Made by a program: the position numbers and the translations under genes. A stretch of DNA of 62,941 nt, the filler included, from Globobulimina sp. (lineage: Eukaryota): assembly GCA_003354225.1 (NCBI GenBank). It is 21 parts of 21 records of this genome, joined end to end, with 100 filler letters (N's around TTAATTAATTAA, not from the genome) between each part and the next. Parts side by side here need not be neighbours in the genome. Positions count along the whole stretch, not along the records: positions 33,033 to 35,933 come from PIVH01004429.1; positions 36,034 to 38,934 come from PIVH01004430.1; positions 39,035 to 41,935 come from PIVH01004431.1; positions 42,036 to 44,936 come from PIVH01004432.1; 17 more parts are not named here. The stretch is one strand, 5' to 3'. Below the pieces are notes generated by a model, which was not told the origin of the DNA, searched no databases, and saw only the letters and a program-made list of their open reading frames with translations. Of this stretch, positions 34,804-44,713 are shown piece by piece; position 1 is the stretch's first letter; every line of letters begins with the position of its first letter.

Positions 34804-35919
34804 TTATACCGCCTCCGCGTCTAAGTCTACATTAACAGATAATTGCGCCATATCGTCGGCGAATAAATCCCATGTTGAGGAGATATCCCGGAACGCCACC
34901 GTCGGCGCCTGCGCGAAACCATCCTCGAAAGTTATAACCGTCGGAACCTGCCAGTCGTAAACGTGCGCGTAATATGCGCTATTCGTGGCATTTATCCCGG
35001 GGCCGTGTCCTACTGTGACCGTGACATATTGCTGCGCCGTGGTCGGGTCCTCAAATCGGAACCCATAAAGCACATTAAGCAATGCTTGATAAATAGTATT
35101 ATACGCCTCTGACTGAGCATTAAAACCCGCCGTGTCGCCTGCCGCTGTCGGGATAAAGCACGCGACAGTAAAATTTTGCAAAATCGTCTGTTTCTGTAGG
35201 TCCTGCGCGGAGAACGCGGCGACGCCATCGTTTTTCGTGTGCCTATCCTTTGACGCGATTGCGTCGGACATTATCACAAATAAGTAAGGGTCTGTCCCTT
35301 CTTGCTTGGCGTATACCGCCTCGGCTCTCGCATAATCGGCCGCGCCTACCACTCGAACCCCTGTGAGGATTTCAAGCTGCAGAATGTTACCCGTCGGCAA
35401 ACTTGGGATCGAGGCTGGGACGTCAATCGTAAAATTATCAACGCCCGGAACCGTGGCGACTGTTTGCAGTCCTCCGAGCCCGGCGCTACGTTCTTCTATC
35501 AATAGCCCGTTAGTTATTACCGGGGGGACAGTCTCGCCGGCTGGCGTGGCTATCTCGAAAAAGTTCCGATTAGGGATATTATCAATTTGATGTTCTCCGT
35601 CCCATGGCGCGCCAATACCTGAAAGGGTCACCGTCTGGGGGTCGTCCGGGAGTGTCGGCGCGACTAGGTCGTGCTCGTCTACTGTCCCGAATCGAGTCGT
35701 CGTATCTTCGTCAAAATCTACGCTGTCCAAAGCGTTCTCATACAGGCCGTTGACGACGATAATCGTCTGGCCCACGATCAAGCCATGGCCGACCGCATTA
35801 ATCGAAACGACGCCGCCCGCAACGCTTGCGGAGGACGTAGTTATAGTGTCGTGAAACTTATCAGTAACCGCCGGGAGGTAAGTCCTCAAATGTGTGACTA
35901 TGTCGCGAGGTGAAATCAT
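34804..35919 (-). CDS. Phage tail terminator/completion protein with internal beta-domain insertion
   Basis: SD-like AAGGA upstream. N-terminal IVTHLRTYLP; C-terminal PYLFVIM...YAHVYDWQ...VAFRDI. Lies just upstream of the sheath gene. Confidence 0.6.
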   Translation of the reverse strand: MISPRDIVTHLRTYLPAVTDKFHDTITTSSASVAGGVVSINAVGHGLIVGQTIIVVNGLYENALDSVDFDEDTTTRFGTVDEHDLVAPTLPDDPQTVTLSGIGAPWDGEHQIDNIPNRNFFEIATPAGETVPPVITNGLLIEERSAGLGGLQTVATVPGVDNFTIDVPASIPSLPTGNILQLEILTGVRVVGAADYARAEAVYAKQEGTDPYLFVIMSDAIASKDRHTKNDGVAAFSAQDLQKQTILQNFTVACFIPTAAGDTAGFNAQSEAYNTIYQALLNVLYGFRFEDPTTAQQYVTVTVGHGPGINATNSAYYAHVYDWQVPTVITFEDGFAQAPTVAFRDISSTWDLFADDMAQLSVNVDLDAEAV

Positions 35920-36033
35920 TAAAATATCCTTTCNNNNNNNNNNNNNNNNNNNNNNNNNNNNNNNNNNNNNNNNNNNNTTAATTAATTAANNNNNNNNNNN
36001 NNNNNNNNNNNNNNNNNNNNNNNNNNNNNNNNN

Positions 36034-36231
36034 CACCGTATCATCCATTGCCTCACACTGCAAACCGCACACCGTATCATCCATTGCCTCACACTGCAAA
36101 CCGCGCACCGTATCATCCATTGCCTCACACTGCAAACCGCACACCGCATCATCCATTGCCTCACACTGCAAACTGTGCACCGCATCATCCATTGCCTCAC
36201 ACTGCAAACTGCGCAACTTATTATTCATGGC
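36034..36231 (+). repeat. Left arm: 5 x 36-bp tandem repeat plus 18-bp inner cap
   Basis: Unit caccgtatcatccattgcctcacactgcaaaccgca repeated over 36034-36213, followed by caacttattattcatggc. Confidence 0.97.
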
Positions 36232-36309
36232 ATCGCACTGGAACTTATGATCGATATACTGACAAACTATTTATTTTAATTAAATAAGTTTAAATTAACA
36301 AAATAAAAA

Positions 36310-36984
36310 TTAATAATCACTGTTATCACTTTCCATGTTATTGTGATTGTGATTATGTGCATTTGAATAATTTGGTTCATCTTGATCCATTTCTTCCATT
36401 TCCGTTTCATTTTCACTATGATTTCCATCTAAATGTAATAATCGTGTGTCCACCAATTTTGATTTCATTTCCAAATACTCTGATTTTGATATTTTATTAT
36501 TTTTTAATTTATTGTCTAAAATTTTAATTTCAGCTTTAATATCAAAAATAACATTAACAGCTTTGTCAGCTTTTTCTTTTTTTGATCTTATTTTATTGAC
36601 AACTTCATCATTTAACAATGAAATCTTGTCATTTACCTCGTTTTTTGCAATATTTGTGCCTTCTATATATGATCCACAATAATGGACATTCTTGCTCGTT
36701 TTACAACCTTCTGCTTCGCGCTCTGTCGGACTAATAAAAACTAAACCACCTCCACCAATTGTCTCACATATGGATACAGCCTTATTTCTTAGTCCTGTCA
36801 CCATTCCAGCAATGATTGATGTTCTTTTTGAATTATATTCTGGATCGGATTTTGGCGGCAATTGCTTCAGTGACCTATATGAGTGCATATAGATCGTTTT
36901 AAACCTATATGAGTGACTATCAATAATGATACATACTCTGGCTGTCGCGGTGGTTTTTGGCATACTGTTACTTGTGTGAAACAT
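36310..36984 (-). CDS. Orphan protein (possible C-terminal part of the 37454 gene)
   Basis: 224-aa ORF overlapping the upstream ORF by 118 nt in the -1 frame. Coiled-coil and acidic tail. Confidence 0.65.
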   Translation of the reverse strand: MFHTSNSMPKTTATARVCIIIDSHSYRFKTIYMHSYRSLKQLPPKSDPEYNSKRTSIIAGMVTGLRNKAVSICETIGGGGLVFISPTEREAEGCKTSKNVHYCGSYIEGTNIAKNEVNDKISLLNDEVVNKIRSKKEKADKAVNVIFDIKAEIKILDNKLKNNKISKSEYLEMKSKLVDTRLLHLDGNHSENETEMEEMDQDEPNYSNAHNHNHNNMESDNSDY

Positions 36985-37454
36985 TTATTTTCCACAATAG
37001 ATATATCATTATATTCATTAACATGTTCCACAATAACTTTATTTAATTTTTCCGATAATTTATCTCCATTGGCCACAATTGAACGTCTTAATTTTGGATA
37101 AGTTATTGATGCGTTCATTGTTTGCGATACAATATATACTCTCAATAAATGTGATTCAGCGCCTTCATCTGCTTCTTGTTTCTTTTCTTCATTCTCAATT
37201 TGTATATCATTTTCATTATTTTGATTACTATTATTTTCATTGTTATTTTCATCTTCTGATACTATCCAATCTTCCGCTTCAATTTTAGTAAATATTTCTT
37301 TGCCTGCTTTTGAATATAAAGCTTTAATTAATGTGCCTTTGGATTTTGACCCTAATGTGATATTATTATTCTTAGCTAATATCTTAATTTCGCGTAAGGT
37401 GTAGTTTTCCCATATTATAGACAAATTGTCACTTTCACCATTTTCATTATTCAT
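36867..37454 (-). CDS. Orphan protein with HeH/Rho-N/SAP-like nucleic-acid-binding motif
   Basis: Likely start MNNENG at 37454. YTLREIKILAKNNNI...SKGTLIKAL fits the helix-extension-helix pattern. Confidence 0.6.
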   Translation of the reverse strand: MNNENGESDNLSIIWENYTLREIKILAKNNNITLGSKSKGTLIKALYSKAGKEIFTKIEAEDWIVSEDENNNENNSNQNNENDIQIENEEKKQEADEGAESHLLRVYIVSQTMNASITYPKLRRSIVANGDKLSEKLNKVIVEHVNEYNDISIVENKCFTQVTVCQKPPRQPEYVSLLIVTHIGLKRSICTHIGH

Positions 37455-37754
37455 TATGTGTGCTAAGCAAAGAAAAGTTACACTACAACCCACACCCCTG
37501 GTTACATCAACGATATATTCCAAAAGATAACTACCCCCGCTTTCCAAATCCAGAAACTGTTTGTCTTGGGTTTGTTCTGTGTTTGTTATAACTTTGTCTT
37601 GGGTTTGCAAATCCAGCGCAAAGTCAGAACAAATTTATAATCGAATTTTCGGTATACAAAGGGGGTGAGGTTACCTTTTAGAATATGTCGTTCAAACTTT
37701 GCATTGATCAATGAAATTCTTTATCTCTCTAATTAAGCGGCGACGCGATTATGA

Positions 37755-37802
37755 AAAGCGTCAGCTATAGAAAGTGTTGGCTATACAAAGCGTCAGCTGC
37801 AA
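37755..37802. promoter_or_regulatory. Three tandem 16-bp iteron-like repeats in the divergent intergenic region
   Basis: aaagcgtcagctatag / aaagtgttggctatac / aaagcgtcagctgcaa. Confidence 0.55.
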
Positions 37803-37936
37803 AAATGTGTACAGTTTGTATTCCCTTTGCAAACCCAATGCAAATATAATATACATAAATCATACACAAAATATCTACCCGGTGGGGAGGGGGTTATATA
37901 TTGAAACTCATCGTTAAACAACATTTTTGAAATAAC

Positions 37937-38650
37937 ATGACACAGGAGTCATTCAATGATTTCCGTAGCCGTAGTGCAAGATACGGTAGAGTAAGAAAAC
38001 GATATTTGCAACGATCTGATGATGACTCAGAAGAACAAAATGAATTTAAAACCATCAATTTCGGAATATACAAACAAGGCGACAATTATGAACTGAGGAT
38101 AAATTCATTGAAAAAACAAAAAATGCGGAAAAACAAATGGGAGACACGGAGATATGAATTGGGTCAAAAAACAGGATATGTTTTTTGTAAAAAAAGAGCT
38201 CGTTGGAGAACGTTAGCGACAAAAAAATCACACTCAGACAATCCAATCATTACAGTTTATAATATTCAAATCCAATCTCGATATAGCGTAAAATTTGCGA
38301 AATCTATTGTAACTAAAAATAAGTATCGATCAAATGATAGAAATCATTGTTGTGTGAATTTGCCAGTAACAAAAGTGGATGATCAAGGTGATATTGGTAA
38401 ATGTGAGATATTTCTATCAATTATGGAGAATTTCATTAAAAATGATGTAGAAAAATCAATAGATACACACACGTTAATTAAAAAAACGTCAAATGAAATA
38501 AAAAAAGTATTCAACTGCAGACGATTCCCAATCAAATTTGTTGAAAACTCTGCAAATATGAGAGGGGCAAAAAAACAAACAAAAAATAATAAAAAAGAGA
38601 ATATATTGTTACATTTTGATGAGAGTCCAGAAGAATTAATTGTTGAATGA
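37937..38650 (+). CDS. Basic orphan protein
   Basis: 237-aa K/R-rich ORF whose stop lies about 60 nt before the right repeat arm. Confidence 0.75.
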   Translation: MTQESFNDFRSRSARYGRVRKRYLQRSDDDSEEQNEFKTINFGIYKQGDNYELRINSLKKQKMRKNKWETRRYELGQKTGYVFCKKRARWRTLATKKSHSDNPIITVYNIQIQSRYSVKFAKSIVTKNKYRSNDRNHCCVNLPVTKVDDQGDIGKCEIFLSIMENFIKNDVEKSIDTHTLIKKTSNEIKKVFNCRRFPIKFVENSANMRGAKKQTKNNKKENILLHFDESPEELIVE

Positions 38651-38711
38651 ATGACAGTGACTTATTGTGTTTAACTTTTATTTTTCCTATTTAATGATTG
38701 CAACATCCATG

Positions 38712-38934
38712 GCCATGAATAATAAGATGCGCAGTTTGCAGTAAGTGGCTATGGAGGATACAGTGCACAGTTTGCAGTGTGAGGCAATGGATGATACGGT
38801 GTGCGGTTTGCAGTGTGAGGCAATGGATGATGCGGTGCGCGGTTTGCAGTGTGAGGCAATGGATGATACGGTGCGCGGTTAGCAGTGTGAGGCAATGGAT
38901 GATACGGTGCGCAGTTAGCAGTGTGAGGCAATGG
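38712..38934 (-). repeat. Right arm: 18-bp cap plus about 5.7 x 36-bp repeat, inverted
   Basis: gccatgaataataagatg, then units such as cgcggtttgcagtgtgaggcaatggatgatacggtg to the contig end. The innermost unit is degenerate. Confidence 0.97.
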
Positions 38935-39270
38935 NNNNNNNNNNNNNNNNNNNNNNNNNNNNNNNNNNNNNNNNNNNNTTAATTAATTAANNNNNNNNNN
39001 NNNNNNNNNNNNNNNNNNNNNNNNNNNNNNNNNNGTGTGAATAAGTGTTGGATTTCCCTGTGAGGTTTCAAACACAGTCTCATGCCATTTCATCAGCCAT
39101 TCGTTCCACGATGTTGAACTTAATTGCGTTTGGACTGGTTGTAACGCCATTAATATAATACACTTAAAGTTTTTGTAAAGATAAAAGATTTTTAAGCAAA
39201 CAAAAAACAGAGCATGCCTCTTTTCTGTTGATTGTGTGAATTCTGCGCAAAACCAGGTCAAATGATTGCA

Positions 39271-41577
39271 ATGCAATCAGCAATAACTCCCAAAACATTT
39301 AAAAGGACGAAATCAAAAACAAAGACACAAAATATAACTGCTTCCAGTAAAAGGAAATTAGATGAATATGATGCTGATGTCGACACTTATTACAATGAAC
39401 CAAATAATAAGAAAATGAAATTTAATGAAAATAACACAGATAATAAGCAAAATACAGCATTGTTTGAATCCAACTGTTCATTAAAAAAAGAAAATAGTGA
39501 GTTAATAAAAGAGAGAGATCATTATAAACAAGAATGTAATAAATGGAAATCAAAATATACGACTTTATTCTCCAAACTTTGCAAATTAACAGAAGTTGAG
39601 GTCAAGAGTTTAGCCCTAGGCCTAAATGATAACAATATGAGTTATGACGAGTCAGTATCAGATAACAGCAGCATGGAACACAACGATAATGATAACCATA
39701 CCACAAAATATGAGAAAATCCAAGCTCGTTTATTGGAAATGGGCTTTGACAAAAATCAAGTCATAAATAGAATATCCTCCTTTCATGGCTCTGGCGAAAC
39801 TGCACAATTTGTGTTCACGCAAATAATAAATACATTTACCAGGCAGTTGCGATCAAATACAAACACAATTAAAAACACGAAGAGAAATACCAATATGAAT
39901 GAGAGTGATAGCGAGAGCGAGAGTGATAGCGATGTTTCCAGCAACAATGACAGTGAATCATCGTACAATATGTGTGATGAAATGGATGGTCATGATATTA
40001 ATAAAAATAATCATAAATTACATCATTCAAAGATAAAAACGAGCAAAAAATATGTAGCATTTGAAAATAGTTATCATTTCTCCATAAATTGTTACATTTG
40101 CGACAAACATTTTGATGCTTTTAATGTGTACCGAGACCATATTAAGCTCCATTACCAGAACCATCCCAACAAAACATGGAAAAAATGCGAGTTTGGCTGT
40201 AAAACGACCAATAAAGGCGATGATTGTTCGTTTATTGGACACATTGCCACTCATTCAAACACTAAACCTTTTCACTGCGATGTATTGGTTGACGGCGGGA
40301 AATGTGGAGCTTCCTTATCTCGAAAGGCCTTTCTCAAAGATCATTGGAAGCGACATTTCATACAATTGCAAACAGATAAACATAAACACAAAAACAATGC
40401 TGCTGCAAAACATGCAGATTTCGAAGATAATTATCATATATCGGTGCATTGTCATATTTGTAAAATGCACTTTGATGACATTTATGAGTATAAAAGCCAT
40501 TTACAAAGACATTATGCGATGGACTCAACTAAAACGTGGCGACGGTGTGACTTTGGCTGTTCAGAGCAGTTTATTAATTCTATGCAATTTATCTCCCATC
40601 TCGCAAATCAGCATACGAAGGAGAAGCCGTTTCGATGTGATGCAGTGACCAACGGCGTGAAATGTGAGGCCAAACTGTGTCGGAAATTTGATATTCTCCA
40701 ACATTTGAAAAGACATTCTAATCATCAAAACGTTAACAAATCTAAACAATCAAAAGTTGCTGTCGCAAAGGCAATGGTCAGTGTTAATTTTGAAGATAGT
40801 TATTATGTATCAGTTAATTGCCATGTTTGTAAGAAACATTTTGATGATTTTTGTAAATATGGAGAACATATTAAACAACACTACGAAAAGGATCCATTGC
40901 GGACATGGTTGCAATGTGATTTTGGATGTTCCGTTGGTAGACAGCAACCATTATTTTCCAGCTCGTATGGCTTTATGTATCATATTGCGTCGCATACAAA
41001 GCAGCTTCCATTTAAATGCAATTTAAGAATTGACGGACATAAATGTAAAGGCGTTGCTCCCTTAAAAAGTGATCTTAAAAAACATTGGAACAGAAATCAT
41101 AATGTGAAAGCATTGAAAAATAAAAATAAAAACGTTAGTAATGATAATAACAGCGATTCTGATCAAAGTTCAAGTTGCTTTGAATCAGAGTCTGATGATT
41201 CTGATGATGAATATATAGATTTTGAAGAAAGTTATATTTTCTCTGTGGAATGTCATATTTGCAGTACGTATTTTGATGATTTTTGTAAATACAGAGATCA
41301 TATTAAAAAGCATTATGTTAATGATCGAGATAGAAATTGGATGGAATGTGATTTTGGATGTACTAATAAGAATGACTCGAGTATTCCAGTCGTGTCCTCC
41401 AATTCCAGCAACTTTATAACTCATATTGCTATGCATTCGAAGCAAAGACCATATAAATGTGTTATCTCGGTCAATGGCATAAAATGTGCACGGACATCAA
41501 CGACTAAATGTGATATAAAAAATCATTGGAAATTAAATCATTTTAAAGAAAAATCAGATGACAAGTACAGAGAATGA
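39271..41577 (+). CDS. C2H2 zinc-finger protein with four triple-finger modules
   Basis: Four copies of FExxY..S..C.IC...FD....Y..H...HY...W..C.FGC...H....H...PF.C...C...H...H. N-terminal coiled coil and UBA-like LLEMGF. Confidence 0.9.
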   Translation: MQSAITPKTFKRTKSKTKTQNITASSKRKLDEYDADVDTYYNEPNNKKMKFNENNTDNKQNTALFESNCSLKKENSELIKERDHYKQECNKWKSKYTTLFSKLCKLTEVEVKSLALGLNDNNMSYDESVSDNSSMEHNDNDNHTTKYEKIQARLLEMGFDKNQVINRISSFHGSGETAQFVFTQIINTFTRQLRSNTNTIKNTKRNTNMNESDSESESDSDVSSNNDSESSYNMCDEMDGHDINKNNHKLHHSKIKTSKKYVAFENSYHFSINCYICDKHFDAFNVYRDHIKLHYQNHPNKTWKKCEFGCKTTNKGDDCSFIGHIATHSNTKPFHCDVLVDGGKCGASLSRKAFLKDHWKRHFIQLQTDKHKHKNNAAAKHADFEDNYHISVHCHICKMHFDDIYEYKSHLQRHYAMDSTKTWRRCDFGCSEQFINSMQFISHLANQHTKEKPFRCDAVTNGVKCEAKLCRKFDILQHLKRHSNHQNVNKSKQSKVAVAKAMVSVNFEDSYYVSVNCHVCKKHFDDFCKYGEHIKQHYEKDPLRTWLQCDFGCSVGRQQPLFSSSYGFMYHIASHTKQLPFKCNLRIDGHKCKGVAPLKSDLKKHWNRNHNVKALKNKNKNVSNDNNSDSDQSSSCFESESDDSDDEYIDFEESYIFSVECHICSTYFDDFCKYRDHIKKHYVNDRDRNWMECDFGCTNKNDSSIPVVSSNSSNFITHIAMHSKQRPYKCVISVNGIKCARTSTTKCDIKNHWKLNHFKEKSDDKYRE

Positions 41578-41759
41578 AAAGCGTAAAAACAACAATGTTC
41601 TATTACAGAAATCATTATTTGACATGAAACTATATATATATAATTATATCGCCTTACTTGTATAATCCAGATTAGCAGCTTATTTTTTGAACTGTTTTTG
41701 CATGTCTCATTCACTTCAAGGGCATATCCCATACAAGCGTTTGCCGAATCCCCTTGGCG

Positions 41760-41935
41760 ATGGGTGACCCACATTTTGCGATCTAGAATTTTTTTGGTGT
41801 AAATTCTCAAAAATGCAAAGTTTTTTTACTGGATTTAGAAATCAATATTTTTTCATAAAAATATCCATAAAAAACTTTGCATTTTTGAGAATTGACACCA
41901 AAAAAATTCTAGATCGCAAAATGTGGGTCACCCAT
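41760..41935. mobile_element. MITE-like palindrome (about 67-bp inverted arms), reaching the contig end
   Basis: 41760-41826 and 41869-41935 are near-perfect reverse complements around an AT-rich spacer. Confidence 0.75.
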
Positions 41936-42035
41936 NNNNNNNNNNNNNNNNNNNNNNNNNNNNNNNNNNNNNNNNNNNNTTAATTAATTAANNNNNNNNN
42001 NNNNNNNNNNNNNNNNNNNNNNNNNNNNNNNNNNN

Positions 42036-43165
42036 ATCAATTAATGCGTTTTTTGCATCCAACATATTTTCATAATGTTGCGCTGAAACAACAATACATA
42101 TTTTATGACAAATATGCTTTGGATCCGCAATGTATTTATATTTAAACCTACATTTTTGATCATATTTATTGACAAAATAACAACACTTTTGCTCTGTATC
42201 CCATTTAAATACTTTCCAAAATTCATTATATCTTTCTCCCTTTTCATGTGCTCCATGTTTTTCATTGTGTGGTCTTCCAAATAATATGGATATTTTTGCA
42301 TCTTCAATATCAAAATACTTATAACACCAATTATGTTTAAGGTCATTTTCGATATATTTACAAATATATTTTCTACATTCTTCATTTTTTGACCATATCC
42401 AAACATGCCCCATATCACAATTCGTTGTTATTATCGAATATGGTTTGTCATATTTGTCATTACAAAACTCAATCAAATTCAAAAAAGCATCATTCCATTT
42501 GCTGAAATATATTTTCTTATAAATCTCATTACATCGAATATAATCCAGATCTGTTTCTGCAACGGAGTTTATATAATTTCTTATATGCTGTATGCAGCAC
42601 ATTCGATTATATTCATTCTCGCCAAATATGCCAAATTTATTCATTGCATCAAAACACCATATTTTACAGTCATAGTCTTTAGCTATTTTTTTTATATTGT
42701 CTCTGTATTCCGGTCTTCGGAAAATATGTACAGATGGTCTTGCTGTCGGAGATATACTTCGCGAGGCTGACAAATGAAACACCTGTTTTTTGGTATTAAC
42801 CTGTTTTTTATTTATAATTGAAATTAATAGAAATTTCATTTGGAATTAACTGTGGAATGATGGTGAATATGACGCGATAACTCATTGACTTGATTGATTG
42901 TATCCTGATCTTCGGATTCTATAATTAACGCATTTTGCGCTGTATGCTTGCGCCGCATATCATCTTCATACTGAATTGATTGCCGTCTTGTCTTTGCTTT
43001 TGTGGTTGTAAATGTGTTTCTTAGTTTTGGTCGGAGTTCTGTTATTAAACTTGGTGGGAAATTCGTCGTTCTGCTAATTTTATGAGATTTCATTACGACT
43101 GATTGTTTTAACGCATTTGTAGTGTTCAATGCAATTAGTTTGGCCTGAGCTGCCATGGCACTCAT
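42036..43165 (-). CDS. Probable KH-like repeat protein, two exons, 3' partial
   Basis: ORFs 42836-43165 and 41988-42839 with an intron-like gap. IKKIAKDYDCKI...IFG pattern. Confidence 0.45.
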
Positions 43166-43512
43166 TGAGATTTAGTAAAGTGAAACGCCGCACATCCCCA
43201 TAGTTTTCAGGTTACACTAAAATCATTGATCTTAAATAAAAAACAGGTGGAAATTCAACAGAGTTTCGTTTGATTTGCATTGAAAAGTAGACAAATACCA
43301 TTTCGGTGGACAAAAAATCGAAAAACGTTAAACACACATAATTTAACAATAGGGGAAAAAAAGAAAAAACAAATTATATTAATTATACAGAAACAAACAC
43401 AAATTAAACCCACGCCTATATCTATGGATTTTAGATCACGCAATTCCTTCAATTAGTACTTAAATTTGTCAATAATGATTATTTGTACATCCTCTGCGTT
43501 CTTTGTCAGACT

Positions 43513-44556
43513 CTACATATTTATTATAATATAATTATAACACACAGTTAAGAAATACCATACAAACTTAACATTTCGCAGTGATAATGAATTCGAATGT
43601 GAACTATGTAAAGTTGGTTGTTCTTCTTCGCCTTCTGACAATGTACCGGTATACGTATCCAATATCACTAAATCTTGCGTTTCTTTGTTTGAATCATGCT
43701 CAAATCTGATATTATTTCTGCTGTATATCTGATTCTGAGCACTATCATTGTCATAACAATAGTTAATGTGCAATGTATCATCCATTGGCAGCAATTGTTT
43801 GTACACTGAATGCATATTATCAGGCCGGTAATCACTGTCATCATCACTTGCATGTCGTGAATTTGATGCGGATGTATCCATTGCATCTCGTGCATGATCA
43901 GTGTGGTAAAGTGTGGGTGATATATTATAACTGTCATTGACATACCACCTCGGTCTGATACTGGTGGAATAATTAACTGTGAGACTTTCAGAGTGTCGCT
44001 TTGTTTTTGGCGCTATAGAATCAGATATGTGTAATTTAATCGTCGTACTGGAAGCACGCCGCATTTTATTCTTCTCGAACACTTCATGCAGTTTATTTAA
44101 TTGTATTTTTAAATTGGCGATGATCAGTTCTCTCGGTGTTATCTCCGTTACTTTCAGTGCATCGAAGTGCTTTTGAATGTCACTATTATGTTGTTTTAAT
44201 GTCGTGATCTGTCGCTTGCATTGTTTTATTTTTTTTAACAATCTTTCCTTTTCTGCTGTTTCTTCAACCAATGCCTTGCGTTGTTGTTTGTAACCAGTGA
44301 TTTTCGTCTTTAATATATTGTAGTTTGCAGTGAGTTTACTGTGTGATTCATGTAAAGACTGTATTTGAAGCTTGAATCCGTTGATTGCATCTTCATGCTT
44401 AGCCACAAGCAATTTGTAACGAGAGCTGAGGACTTGGTGATCTGATGTGTATTTGTCACATATCTCTGTTAATATACTATTTTTACGTTGTAATATGGTG
44501 TTTTTGACTAGTAACGAGTAGTTTTCTTCTTGTAATTGCTGGTAGTTAATAGACAT
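43513..44556 (-). CDS. Coiled-coil protein
   Basis: 347-aa ORF with a heptad-rich N-terminal half. It probably has a further 3' exon. Confidence 0.7.
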   Translation of the reverse strand: MSINYQQLQEENYSLLVKNTILQRKNSILTEICDKYTSDHQVLSSRYKLLVAKHEDAINGFKLQIQSLHESHSKLTANYNILKTKITGYKQQRKALVEETAEKERLLKKIKQCKRQITTLKQHNSDIQKHFDALKVTEITPRELIIANLKIQLNKLHEVFEKNKMRRASSTTIKLHISDSIAPKTKRHSESLTVNYSTSIRPRWYVNDSYNISPTLYHTDHARDAMDTSASNSRHASDDDSDYRPDNMHSVYKQLLPMDDTLHINYCYDNDSAQNQIYSRNNIRFEHDSNKETQDLVILDTYTGTLSEGEEEQPTLHSSHSNSLSLRNVKFVWYFLTVCYNYIIINM

Positions 44557-44713
44557 TCTTTGATATGATCTTGATATTCAACGTAGTTAAAAAAACAACT
44601 TAGAAAGTTTTCAGTTGTTATTACGATGTTCATGCTGGAGTTGTCTTTTTGAAGCAAATATAATCAAATAAAAGTAACATATACAGTACACGATATAAGC
44701 TAAACAACCCAAC

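Larger units (their letters stand above)
36034..38934. mobile_element. Putative foldback-like or linear element: inverted terminal 36-bp arrays enclosing two divergent genes
   Basis: The left arm 36034-36231 and right arm 38712-38934 are reverse complements, and the internal layout is symmetric. Confidence 0.6.

Noticed and set aside
36034-36213. 36-bp repeats as a CRISPR array
   Set aside because: Units are head-to-tail with no unique spacers, and no cas genes are present.
21026-38934. Virus, phage tail and repeat element as one integrated system
   Set aside because: They lie on separate contigs ordered by length and have different base composition.
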